Of a stretch of 32,000 nucleotides of DNA, positions 17,029 to 28,314 are shown one piece after another. The position numbers and the translations under genes were made by a program. The stretch is from Mycobacterium tuberculosis H37Rv (GTDB lineage Bacteria > Actinomycetota > Actinomycetes > Mycobacteriales > Mycobacteriaceae), in NCBI RefSeq assembly GCF_000195955.2, contig NC_000962.3, forward strand, positions 1,110,001 through 1,142,000, written 5' to 3'. The notes under the pieces are model-generated. The model ran no database searches and had not been told where the DNA came from. It saw only the letters and a program-made list of their open reading frames with translations. How positions within the stretch are numbered: the stretch's first letter is position 1; each line of letters starts with the position of its first letter.

Positions 17029-17883
17029 GTGAGCTCCGACCGCCCAGCCAGACGAGATCCACCGCCCGCTCCGGAACCCCTGGCGCCGTTGGTCGACGCC
17101 CACACCCATCTCGACGCGTGCGGTGCACGAGACGCCGATACGGTGCGGTCGCTCGTCGAGCGAGCCGCCGCGGCCGGCGTGACCGCGGTGGTCACCGTCG
17201 CCGACGACCTGGAGTCCGCGCGCTGGGTCACCCGCGCGGCCGAATGGGATCGGCGAGTCTATGCCGCGGTGGCGTTGCACCCGACCCGCGCCGATGCGCT
17301 CACCGACGCTGCCCGTGCCGAGCTCGAGCGATTGGTTGCCCACCCCAGGGTGGTGGCCGTCGGTGAGACCGGAATCGACATGTACTGGCCGGGTCGCCTG
17401 GACGGGTGTGCGGAGCCGCACGTCCAGCGGGAGGCCTTTGCCTGGCATATCGATCTGGCCAAGCGGACCGGTAAACCGCTGATGATCCACAATCGTCAGG
17501 CCGACCGCGACGTGCTGGACGTGCTGCGGGCCGAGGGCGCGCCGGACACCGTGATCTTGCACTGCTTCTCGTCGGACGCGGCGATGGCCCGCACGTGTGT
17601 GGACGCCGGGTGGCTGCTCAGCCTGTCCGGGACGGTGAGCTTCCGTACCGCCCGTGAACTACGGGAAGCCGTCCCGCTGATGCCGGTGGAGCAGCTTTTG
17701 GTGGAAACCGATGCACCGTATTTGACCCCGCATCCCCACCGGGGCTTGGCGAACGAACCGTACTGCCTGCCCTATACCGTGCGGGCGCTGGCTGAACTGG
17801 TCAATCGGCGCCCCGAAGAGGTGGCGCTCATCACCACAAGCAACGCTCGCCGAGCTTATGGGCTAGGGTGGATGCGCCAATGA
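17029..17883 (+). CDS. tatD: TatD-family metal-dependent deoxyribonuclease/hydrolase (284 aa from GTG 17029; 264 aa from TTG 17089)
   Basis: ORF 17023..17883. H-x-H motif VDAHTHLD. GTG 17029 fits a leaderless start. TTG 17089 gives the family-typical short N-terminus but has no obvious Shine-Dalgarno. Confidence 0.9.
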   Translation: MSSDRPARRDPPPAPEPLAPLVDAHTHLDACGARDADTVRSLVERAAAAGVTAVVTVADDLESARWVTRAAEWDRRVYAAVALHPTRADALTDAARAELERLVAHPRVVAVGETGIDMYWPGRLDGCAEPHVQREAFAWHIDLAKRTGKPLMIHNRQADRDVLDVLRAEGAPDTVILHCFSSDAAMARTCVDAGWLLSLSGTVSFRTARELREAVPLMPVEQLLVETDAPYLTPHPHRGLANEPYCLPYTVRALAELVNRRPEEVALITTSNARRAYGLGWMRQ

Positions 17884-20105
<2,222 letters not shown>

Positions 20106-20142
20106 CGGGGCGCCGCCGCGTGTGGTCGGCGCGTCACAGCGA

Positions 20143-20148
20143 TAGTCT
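20143..20148 (+). promoter_or_regulatory. Candidate internal -10 TAGTCT giving a leaderless ispE mRNA at GTG 20155
   Basis: TANNNT, then 6 nt, then the G of GTG 20155 exactly at the predicted +1. Confidence 0.4.
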
Positions 20149-20154
20149 GCTGCG

Positions 20155-21111
20155 GTGTCCGCATCTGACGGCAACACCGCTGAATTGTGGGTGCCCACCG
20201 GGTCGGTCACCGTTCGGGTGCCCGGAAAGGTCAACCTCTATCTGGCGGTCGGCGATCGCCGCGAGGACGGCTATCACGAGCTGACCACGGTATTTCATGC
20301 CGTCTCGCTGGTCGACGAGGTAACCGTTCGTAACGCTGATGTGCTCTCGCTCGAGTTGGTCGGCGAGGGGGCCGACCAGCTGCCGACCGACGAACGCAAT
20401 CTCGCCTGGCAGGCGGCCGAGCTGATGGCCGAACACGTGGGCCGGGCGCCGGACGTCTCGATCATGATCGACAAATCCATTCCGGTCGCCGGCGGCATGG
20501 CCGGTGGCAGCGCGGACGCTGCGGCGGTCCTGGTTGCGATGAACTCGTTGTGGGAACTCAATGTGCCCCGCCGCGACCTGCGCATGCTCGCCGCGCGGCT
20601 AGGCAGCGATGTGCCGTTTGCCCTGCATGGTGGTACCGCGCTGGGGACGGGTCGCGGCGAGGAGTTGGCCACCGTGTTATCCCGCAACACCTTCCACTGG
20701 GTCCTGGCGTTCGCCGACAGCGGGTTGCTCACCTCCGCGGTGTACAACGAGCTCGACCGGCTCAGGGAGGTGGGGGATCCGCCCCGGCTTGGTGAGCCCG
20801 GGCCGGTTCTGGCTGCCTTAGCTGCGGGTGATCCGGATCAGCTGGCGCCGTTGCTGGGTAATGAAATGCAAGCGGCCGCGGTGAGCCTGGACCCGGCGCT
20901 GGCTCGTGCGTTACGCGCCGGTGTGGAGGCCGGCGCGCTCGCAGGCATCGTGTCCGGTTCGGGTCCCACGTGTGCCTTCCTGTGCACCTCGGCGAGCTCG
21001 GCGATCGATGTCGGCGCGCAGCTGTCGGGGGCGGGAGTTTGTCGCACCGTTCGAGTCGCCACCGGGCCGGTACCCGGCGCCCGCGTGGTGTCTGCGCCGA
21101 CCGAAGTGTGA
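20155..21111 (+). CDS. ispE: 4-diphosphocytidyl-2-C-methyl-D-erythritol kinase (318 aa from GTG 20155; 306 aa from GTG 20191)
   Basis: GHMP kinase motif [16 protein letters not shown]-terminal KVNLYLAVG. Two in-frame GTG starts: 20155 has leaderless geometry, and 20191 has no Shine-Dalgarno. Confidence 0.93.
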
Positions 21112-21127
21112 CCGAATTCTTGGGAGC

Positions 21128-21421
21128 ATGCCTCGGGCGGCCAGGGGTATCCGCGCGTGCCGAGGCCGGTGGGTCGATCGGCTGGCGCACCAGCATGCCA
21201 GCGGTAGGGCCGCAGGCATCCGCCCTCGCGAGGTCGGTGGCGCGCATCAAAGCCAGGCGCAAAAGCCATACCATGATGCGACAGAGCCGCTCGGCGAGAG
21301 CCTCCGCTACCGGCCAGCTCACGGCGATAGCTGCATCAACGGCCATCGAGACAACCCGTCGGCACGGGAATCCTCGCAGTTCACCGCGGGGAGTACGGCA
21401 AAGGCTGTGACCAAGCTGTGA
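21128..21421 (+). CDS. Doubtful hypothetical protein (97 aa, basic, no hydrophobic core)
   Basis: ATG ORF. Hand-counted GC1/GC2/GC3 of ~70/61/73% shows only weak coding periodicity. No recognisable domain. Confidence 0.3.
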   Translation: MPRAARGIRACRGRWVDRLAHQHASGRAAGIRPREVGGAHQSQAQKPYHDATEPLGESLRYRPAHGDSCINGHRDNPSARESSQFTAGSTAKAVTKL

Positions 21422-21456
21422 CATCGCCCTCAAACCTCGGCAGAGTTTGGCAGCTA

Positions 21457-21473
21457 CTTAAGAGTTGCTTAAG
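21457..21473. promoter_or_regulatory. Two CTTAAG palindromes 11 bp apart (aCTTAAGagttgCTTAAGat), operator-like
   Basis: Read directly. AT-rich, spaced one helical turn apart, ~150 bp upstream of the pks16 start. TAAGAT (21470-21475) also fits TANNNT. Confidence 0.3.
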
Positions 21474-21624
21474 ATAATCCGCGGTGTTGGGTCGTGGGCT
21501 CATCACCGAACCGAGACCCAACCGCTCCCCAACTGTGTGCGCGCGCCTGTCGCGATGTGGCATCCGGTAGGCGGACCATGAAAACCCGGACCTTGGGGAC
21601 AGCACCGGAACCGAGGAGGTTGCC

Positions 21625-23259
21625 TTGAGCAGGTTCACCGAGAAGATGTTCCACAATGCCCGCACCGCGACGACGGGCATGGTCACAGGTGAACCGCACA
21701 TGCCCGTCCGCCACACCTGGGGCGAGGTCCATGAGCGTGCTCGTTGCATCGCGGGCGGCCTGGCCGCCGCGGGTGTCGGTCTTGGTGACGTTGTTGGGGT
21801 GCTGGCCGGCTTCCCGGTGGAGATCGCCCCCACGGCGCAGGCCCTGTGGATGCGCGGGGCCAGCCTGACCATGCTGCACCAGCCCACACCGCGCACCGAC
21901 TTGGCCGTGTGGGCCGAGGACACCATGACCGTCATCGGCATGATCGAGGCCAAGGCCGTGATCGTCTCCGAGCCCTTCCTCGTGGCCATTCCCATCCTTG
22001 AGCAGAAAGGCATGCAGGTCCTTACCGTCGCTGACCTTTTGGCGTCGGATCCGATCGGCCCCATCGAGGTCGGCGAGGACGACCTGGCGTTGATGCAGCT
22101 GACGTCCGGATCTACCGGCTCCCCTAAAGCCGTCCAGATCACCCACCGCAACATCTACTCCAACGCCGAGGCAATGTTCGTCGGCGCCCAGTATGACGTC
22201 GACAAGGACGTCATGGTCAGCTGGTTGCCCTGCTTCCATGACATGGGCATGGTGGGCTTCTTGACTATCCCGATGTTCTTCGGTGCGGAGCTGGTCAAGG
22301 TCACGCCAATGGACTTCCTGCGCGACACGCTGCTGTGGGCGAAGCTCATCGACAAGTACCAGGGCACCATGACCGCGGCGCCCAACTTCGCCTACGCGCT
22401 GCTCGCCAAGCGGTTGCGGCGCCAGGCCAAGCCCGGCGACTTCGATCTGTCGACCCTACGCTTCGCGCTGTCCGGCGCCGAGCCCGTCGAACCCGCCGAC
22501 GTCGAGGACCTGCTCGACGCGGGCAAGCCGTTCGGCCTGAGGCCCTCAGCGATCCTGCCGGCCTACGGCATGGCCGAGACCACGCTGGCGGTGTCCTTCT
22601 CGGAGTGCAACGCCGGCCTCGTCGTGGACGAGGTTGACGCCGACCTGCTGGCGGCTCTGCGCCGGGCCGTTCCCGCCACCAAAGGCAATACCCGCAGGCT
22701 GGCCACGCTAGGTCCGCTGCTGCAGGACCTAGAGGCCCGCATCATCGACGAACAGGGCGATGTCATGCCCGCCCGCGGCGTGGGTGTCATCGAGCTGCGC
22801 GGCGAGTCGCTAACTCCCGGCTACCTGACTATGGGTGGCTTCATCCCGGCCCAAGACGAGCATGGCTGGTACGACACGGGCGACCTCGGCTACCTCACCG
22901 AGGAGGGCCACGTGGTGGTATGTGGCCGCGTCAAGGATGTCATCATCATGGCCGGGCGCAATATTTACCCGACCGACATCGAGCGGGCGGCCGGCCGCGT
23001 CGACGGCGTTCGTCCGGGTTGCGCGGTGGCCGTGCGTCTCGATGCCGGACATTCGCGCGAATCCTTTGCCGTCGCGGTCGAGTCGAACGCCTTCGAGGAT
23101 CCCGCCGAGGTTCGTCGCATCGAGCATCAAGTGGCCCACGAGGTGGTTGCCGAGGTCGACGTGCGGCCTCGCAACGTCGTGGTTCTTGGACCCGGGACCA
23201 TTCCGAAGACGCCGTCGGGCAAGCTGCGTCGGGCCAACTCCGTCACCCTGGTCACCTAA
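21625..23259 (+). CDS. pks16: Fatty acyl-AMP ligase / acyl-CoA synthetase-like adenylating enzyme (544 aa)
   Basis: TTG 21625 with GAGGAGG 5 nt upstream. AMP-binding motifs [32 protein letters not shown]. Confidence 0.94.
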   Translation: MSRFTEKMFHNARTATTGMVTGEPHMPVRHTWGEVHERARCIAGGLAAAGVGLGDVVGVLAGFPVEIAPTAQALWMRGASLTMLHQPTPRTDLAVWAEDTMTVIGMIEAKAVIVSEPFLVAIPILEQKGMQVLTVADLLASDPIGPIEVGEDDLALMQLTSGSTGSPKAVQITHRNIYSNAEAMFVGAQYDVDKDVMVSWLPCFHDMGMVGFLTIPMFFGAELVKVTPMDFLRDTLLWAKLIDKYQGTMTAAPNFAYALLAKRLRRQAKPGDFDLSTLRFALSGAEPVEPADVEDLLDAGKPFGLRPSAILPAYGMAETTLAVSFSECNAGLVVDEVDADLLAALRRAVPATKGNTRRLATLGPLLQDLEARIIDEQGDVMPARGVGVIELRGESLTPGYLTMGGFIPAQDEHGWYDTGDLGYLTEEGHVVVCGRVKDVIIMAGRNIYPTDIERAAGRVDGVRPGCAVAVRLDAGHSRESFAVAVESNAFEDPAEVRRIEHQVAHEVVAEVDVRPRNVVVLGPGTIPKTPSGKLRRANSVTLVT

Positions 23260-23266
23260 GGCCGCC

Positions 23267-23322
23267 GAGCAGACGCAAAATCCCCTCGACACGCCGGTTG
23301 CGAGGGGATTTTGCGTCTGCTC
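23267..23322. terminator. Perfect 22-bp inverted repeat (12-nt loop): bidirectional intrinsic terminator between convergent pks16 and pth
   Basis: GAGCAGACGCAAAATCCCCTCG-acacgccggttg-CGAGGGGATTTTGCGTCTGCTC. The inner GC stem is flanked by AAAA/TTTT, so each strand sees a stem plus U-tract. Confidence 0.8.
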
Positions 23323-23332
23323 ACGCGGGTCG

Positions 23333-23908
23333 TTACCAGGCGTGGACGCGGTTTTGTGCGGGCTCCATGCCCTGTTCGATAAGCAGCTCGGTGGCATCGG
23401 CGGCCTGCTCGCAGATCGTGGGGACCTCGGCGCGCTCGGCCGGGGTAAAGTTCTCCAACACAAACGCCGCCGGGTCCTTGCGGCCGGGCGGGCGGCCGAT
23501 CCCGATACGCACCCGCTGAAAGTCTTTGGTACCCAGCGCGGCCACCACCGAGCGCAACCCGTTGTGGCCGCCTTCGCCGCCGCCGATCTTGAGCCGGATG
23601 CGGCCGAACTCGAGGTCAAGGTCGTCGTGGATGACGATGATGTTGGCCGGCGCCACCGAGTAGAACTTCGCCAGCGGCCCTATCTGGCGGCCGGACTCGT
23701 TCATGTAGCAGCGCGGCTTGGCCAAAACCAGGGAGCGCCCGGCTGATCTACCAGTGGCGACTTCGGCGCCGGAACGCTTGTGTGCCTTGAACTTCGCGCC
23801 TAGTCGCGCGGCGAGCAGATCGGCGACCACGAACCCGAGGTTGTGCCGGGTACGGGCGTAATTGGCTCCAGGGTTGCCGAGGCCGACCACGAGCAACGGC
23901 TCGGCCAT
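23333..23908 (-). CDS. pth: Peptidyl-tRNA hydrolase (191 aa)
   Basis: ATG ORF. N-terminal [21 protein letters not shown] signature. Confidence 0.97.
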   Translation of the reverse strand: MAEPLLVVGLGNPGANYARTRHNLGFVVADLLAARLGAKFKAHKRSGAEVATGRSAGRSLVLAKPRCYMNESGRQIGPLAKFYSVAPANIIVIHDDLDLEFGRIRLKIGGGEGGHNGLRSVVAALGTKDFQRVRIGIGRPPGRKDPAAFVLENFTPAERAEVPTICEQAADATELLIEQGMEPAQNRVHAW

Positions 23909-23920
23909 GTCGCAAGCCGT

Positions 23921-24568
23921 CTACTCGGACTCGCCAGCGGCCTCGGCTTCGCCGGCTTCTACCGCGGCTTCCTCGGCTTCCTCGGCTCCTGCGACTTCGC
24001 CCTCCAGCTCCTCGGCGGTTGGCGCCTTCACCACGTTGACCACCAACAGATCAGGGTCAGAAATCAGGCTGACACCGGCCGGCAGCGCGATCTGCCCGGC
24101 GGTGAGCTGGGTGCCTGGTTCGGCACCTTCGATGGACACGGTCAACTGCTCGGGAATCGACAGCGCCTCGGCCTCGATCTCGATGCTGTTGGTCTCTTGG
24201 GTGACCAGGGTGTCGGGTCCGGCCTGGCCCTCGACGACCACGCTGACTTCGACGACGACCTTCTCGCCACGGCGCACGACCAGTAGGTCGGCATGCTGGA
24301 TGGTGCGGCGGATCGGATGGATATGAAGTGCCTTGGTCAGTGCCAGCTGTTCCTTACCGGCGATGTCGAGGGTCAACACCGCGTTGGTGCCGGAATGCCG
24401 CAGTACGGCCGCATAGTCGTGTCCGGGCAGCTCCAGGTGCTGTGGCTCGGCGCCGTGGCCATACAGCACAGCGGGTATCTTGCCGGCGCGCCGGGCCCGC
24501 CGGGACGCGCCCTTGCCGGTCTCGGTACGCACCGTGACGCGCAGCTGGTTGCTTGCGGATTTGGCCAT
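23921..24568 (-). CDS. rplY: 50S ribosomal protein L25/Ctc (215 aa) with acidic C-terminal tail
   Basis: ATG ORF. L25/TL5 fold sequence ([22 protein letters not shown]). 12 nt upstream of pth. Confidence 0.96.
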
Positions 24569-24784
24569 ATGTCGCTCCTGGGTGGCTCGGTTACCTCGTT
24601 TGGGGGCACGGCCAGGGTCGCGACAGCTTGTCGGCCTCCGTCGATAACGGTGTTCTGCCGGCCTGCTGTAGACCGCCGACCACCCTCGCCGTGACGCCCG
24701 GCTAGGCTAACCCATGGCTACTGCATTGGGGAAATTCGATCCTTGTGAGCTGCTCGGATAGCTGTGCCCCAACCGTGCGGACAA

Positions 24785-25465
24785 TTACTTTGCCGCGACG
24801 ACGAATCCGGCGATGATCGCCTCGATGTCGGAAGCGTGCTTGACGGCCTCGTTGGCCAGACTCGTGATGGTGAGCTGCACCAGGTAGCGCTGCTTGGCCG
24901 GCGGTGCGCCGGTTGGGAAGACGATCCGGTTCCAGGTGTGCAGTCGCCTGCCGTGCAGGTCATAACTGCCCTGAATCATCGAGGACGGAAACCCGTTGAA
25001 GTCTGCCGTCGAGGAGTCCAATTCGGTGAAGTTCGTCGACAGCCGGGCATCGGCAGTGCCATGCTTGAGCGCTTCGGCGATATCGAAGTCCCGGTGCAGC
25101 TTGAACACCATGAGCATGGCCGTTGGATAGCTTTCGCCCTTGGCGATCATCTCCGTGTTCGGGGTGATGTTCGGATTTTTCATCGGTGCCCAGCCCGGTG
25201 GTGTCGGAATCGACACGGTCAGGTCGGTCAGGCTGCTCGGTGCCACCGGCTCTCCGGTGACGCCGACGCTTTCCAGATACTTCCACAGCGGGACCGGCAC
25301 TTCCGTCGTGGTCGAGACGGCGCTGGTGGTTGGGCTCGTGGACAAAATCGACTGGAAGTCAGGCGATTTCGGTCCGCAAGCGACCGCTGACATTGCCAGC
25401 GTGGCTACCGCGACCGCGACCGCCAAGGGTCTCACAGAATCTTGCGGACAGCGTCGACCGGCCAA
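24785..25465 (-). CDS. lpqT: Lipoprotein LpqT (226 aa)
   Basis: TTG 25465. Signal peptide with lipobox LAMSAVAC|G. LpqN/LpqT-like mature domain. Confidence 0.9.
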   Translation of the reverse strand: MAGRRCPQDSVRPLAVAVAVATLAMSAVACGPKSPDFQSILSTSPTTSAVSTTTEVPVPLWKYLESVGVTGEPVAPSSLTDLTVSIPTPPGWAPMKNPNITPNTEMIAKGESYPTAMLMVFKLHRDFDIAEALKHGTADARLSTNFTELDSSTADFNGFPSSMIQGSYDLHGRRLHTWNRIVFPTGAPPAKQRYLVQLTITSLANEAVKHASDIEAIIAGFVVAAK

Positions 25466-25500
25466 GCCCGCCGGATGCCCTCAAGGATGACGGCTGCCAT

Positions 25501-26481
25501 CTATGCGTCCCCGTCGAAAAGTCCTGTTACTGAGCCGTTTTCGAAGACCGCCCGGATTGTGCTGGCCAGCAGCGGCGCGATGGACAAAACGGTGAGCTGG
25601 GGGAAGCGCTTGTCTTCGCCGATCGGGAGCGTGTTCGTGACGATCACTTCGCGGGCGCCGCAGGAGGCCAGCCGCTGCGCAGCGGGGTCGGAGAGCACGC
25701 CGTGGGTTGCCGCGATGATCACGTCACCGGCGCCGTCGTTGTGCAGCAATGCCACCGCGCCGGCGATGGTGCCGCCGGTGTCGATCATGTCGTCAATCAG
25801 GACACAGGTGCGCCCGGCCACGTCGCCGACGACGCGGTTGGACACCACTTGGTTGGGTACCCGCGGATCACGGGTCTTGTGGATGAAGGCGAGGGGAACA
25901 CCACCTAATGCGTCGGCCCACTTCTCGGCGATGCGTACCCGGCCGGAGTCAGGGGAGACGACCACCATGTTGCCGTCCGGGTAGTTGTCTCTGATGTAAC
26001 CGGTCAGCAGGTTCTGACCGCGCATATGATCGACCGGCCCGTCGAAGAAACCCTGGATCTGGTCGGTGTGCAGGTCGACCGTCACGATCCGGTCGGCGCC
26101 CGCGGTCTTGAGCAGGTCGGCGATCAGTCGCGCGGAGATCGGTTCGCGGCCACGGTGTTTCTTGTCTTGCCGGGCATACGGATAGAACGGCATGACGGCG
26201 GTGATCCGTTTGGCGCTGCCCCGTTTGAGCGCGTCGATCATGATCAGCTGTTCCATCAGCCACCTGTTCACCGGTGCCGGGCAGGATTGCAGGACGAAGG
26301 CGTCGCAACCGCGTACCGATTCGTGGAAGCGCACGAAGATCTCGCCGTTGGCGAACTCCCGCGCGTCCTGAGAGGTGACGTGGACGTCGAGCTCTTTGGC
26401 TACCTGCTCGGCCAGCTCCGGATGGGCGCGGCCGGCAAAGAGCATCAGGTTTTTGCGATTATCGGTCCAGTCGTGGCTCAA
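25501..26481 (-). CDS. prsA: Ribose-phosphate pyrophosphokinase (326 aa)
   Basis: TTG 26481. Motifs DLHTDQIQGFF and the PRPP loop VLIDDMIDTGGT. Confidence 0.97.
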   Translation of the reverse strand: MSHDWTDNRKNLMLFAGRAHPELAEQVAKELDVHVTSQDAREFANGEIFVRFHESVRGCDAFVLQSCPAPVNRWLMEQLIMIDALKRGSAKRITAVMPFYPYARQDKKHRGREPISARLIADLLKTAGADRIVTVDLHTDQIQGFFDGPVDHMRGQNLLTGYIRDNYPDGNMVVVSPDSGRVRIAEKWADALGGVPLAFIHKTRDPRVPNQVVSNRVVGDVAGRTCVLIDDMIDTGGTIAGAVALLHNDGAGDVIIAATHGVLSDPAAQRLASCGAREVIVTNTLPIGEDKRFPQLTVLSIAPLLASTIRAVFENGSVTGLFDGDA

Positions 26482-26572
26482 CGCGCTGCCCTCGCCGTTT
26501 GGGATCGAATTGGATTACCCATGGTACGTAGCGCACCGCCCGGATTTGTCGCCGGGTAGCCGGGATGCGACT

Positions 26573-28060
26573 TCACGGTGTCTGATCAGCGTCGGGTGGT
26601 TGTGTGGGCTGTTGGCAGGCCATTTCTGAGGCTCTTTTTGAGGCCTGAGCCGCTGGGCTGCCGGGGCGTTTGCGCTGCACCCAGTTCTCGATGTTGCGTT
26701 GCGGACCCGCCGACACTGCCAGCGCCCCCGGCGGGACATCCTCCCGCACCACTGTGCCGGCCCCGGTATACGCGCCGTCGCCGATGGTTACTGGGGCCAC
26801 GAACATGGTGTCGGACCCGGTCCGTACGTGCGAACCGACGGTGGTGCGCCGTTTGGACGTACCGTCGTAGTTGACGAACACGCTGGAGGCGCCGATGTTG
26901 CTGTACTCGCCGATGTCGGCGTCGCCGACGTAGGTCAGGTGCGGCACCTTGGTGCCGGTGCCGATGGTGGAGTTCTTGACCTCGACGAACGCGCCCAGCT
27001 TGCCGTCGGCGCCCAACGCGGTTCCGGGCCGCAGGTAGGTGAAGGGCCCGACCGCGGCGCCATCCCCAATCGACGACGACGAACCGTGGGTGCGCACCAC
27101 CGAGGCACCGTCGCCGACGGCGACGTCGGTCAGGGTGGTGTCGGGACCGACGACACAGCGACCGCCGATCTGGGTGCGGCCCAGCAACTGGGTACCCGGG
27201 TGAATGACGGTGTCGCGGCCGATGGTGACGTCGACGTCGATCCAGGTGGTAGCCGGGTCGACGACGGTGACGCCGGCCAGCTGGTGAGCGGCCACCACCC
27301 GCCGGTTGAGTTCGGAGGCCAGCTCGGCCAGCTGGACGCGATTGTTGACGCCGGCCACCAACGCGCTGTCGTCGACGTGGCTGGCATGTACGGTCTGGCC
27401 GTCGGAGCGCAAGATGGCGATGACGTCGGTGAGGTAGAGCTCCTGTTGGGCGTTGTTGGAGCTCAGCCGGCTCAGTGCGGACCGCAGCGCGGCGATGTCG
27501 AAGGCGTAGACGCCGGCGTTGACTTCGCGGATTTCCCGCTGCGATGGTGTCGCGTCGGTTTGCTCCACGATCGCCATGACTTCGTGATCCTGGGTGCGCA
27601 GGATGCGGCCGTAGCCGAAGGGATCATCCAGCGTCGTGGTCAGCACCGTCACCGCAGCCGACACCGCGCGGTGGGTGGCGATCAAGTCGGCCAGCGTGTC
27701 GGCGTCCAGCAGCGGGGTATCTCCCGAGGTGACCACGACGTTGCCGGCGTAGTCATCGGGCAGCGCGGACAGCCCGCAGAGTACCGCATGCCCGGTCCCT
27801 AGCGGTCGATCCTGCAGGGCGACGTCGATCGTTCGGCCTAGGGTGTCGGCGAGTTCACCGACTAGCGGCGCGATGCGCTGGTGATCGTGTCCCAGCACCA
27901 CGATTAGACGCTGCGGCGCCAGCTTGGCGATCGCATGCAGTACATGCGACAGCATGCTGCGACCGGCGAGTGTGTGCAGCACCTTGGGGGTGTCCGAACG
28001 CATCCGGGTCCCGGGCCCGGCCGCTAGGACCAGGACCGCGGTGTCACCAGGAAACGTCAT
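26573..28060 (-). CDS. glmU: Bifunctional GlcNAc-1-P uridyltransferase / GlcN-1-P acetyltransferase (495 aa)
   Basis: ATG 28060 with AAGGAGGG 4 nt upstream. LAAGPGTRM nucleotidyltransferase motif. Left-handed beta-helix hexapeptide repeats. The longer ORF to 28114 would overlap tRNA-Gln. Confidence 0.96.
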
Positions 28061-28075
28061 CAACCCTCCTTGAAG

Positions 28076-28147
28076 CTCCGTCGCCAGGACTCGAACCTGA
28101 ACTATCTGAACCAAAATCAGAGGTGCTGCCGATTACACCACGACGGA
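28076..28147 (-). tRNA. tRNA-Gln (anticodon UUG), CCA not encoded
   Basis: 72-nt cloverleaf on the minus strand. Acceptor TCCGTCG/CGACGGA with the U1-A72 pair, anticodon loop TTTTGGT (TTG), T-loop GGTTCGAGTCC, discriminator G. Confidence 0.96.
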
Positions 28148-28162
28148 TTGCACATCGATGTG

Positions 28163-28168
28163 ACTTTA
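28163..28168 (-). promoter_or_regulatory. Candidate -10 TAAAGT for the tRNA-Gln(-glmU) transcript
   Basis: TANNNT on the minus strand, 15 nt upstream of the tRNA 5' end. A consensus TTGACA lies upstream but only 5 nt away, so it is not a matched -35. Confidence 0.3.
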
Positions 28169-28174
28169 GACGGT

Positions 28175-28204
28175 GTCAACGCCGTCAGCACAGTCAACGC
28201 TGTC
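28175..28204. promoter_or_regulatory. Direct repeat GTCAACGC(C/T)GTC x2 (period 18 bp), possible TetR operator
   Basis: 11/12 identical copies at 28175-28186 and 28193-28204, in the divergent tRNA-Gln / TetR intergenic region. The first copy sits within the GACGG...CCGTC inverted repeat. Confidence 0.3.
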
Positions 28205-28235
28205 GCCGTCTACCCACCGGCCCCACGCAAACCGA

Positions 28236-28241
28236 TACCCT
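28236..28241 (+). promoter_or_regulatory. Candidate -10 TACCCT placing an in-frame GTG (28249) at the transcript 5' end
   Basis: TANNNT, then a 7-nt spacer, then GTG 28249, which is in frame with ATG 28315 (22 codons upstream). Confidence 0.35.
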
Positions 28242-28314
28242 TGTTGATGTGGCCGGACCGGATAAAGGGCCGGATAAGGCGCCGGAAAACCCGACGCGGG
28301 TGACGCGCGCCAGG

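Noticed and set aside
16200-17366. 388-aa plus-strand ORF spanning metS and the tatD 5' end
   Set aside because: It is antisense to metS (HVGH/KMSKS present on the other strand), out of frame with tatD, and low-complexity Arg/Gly-rich.
21381-22239. 257-aa and 256-aa minus-strand ORFs
   Set aside because: They are antisense to the adenylating enzyme gene (AMP-binding motifs are on the plus strand).
26699-27802. 367-aa plus-strand ORF
   Set aside because: It is antisense to glmU, and its G/D/V/R-rich repeats merely mirror the hexapeptide-repeat codons.
28061-28114. 18-codon upstream extension of the glmU ORF
   Set aside because: It would overlap tRNA-Gln on the same strand. ATG 28060 has a perfect AAGGAGG Shine-Dalgarno, and the family N-terminus starts there.
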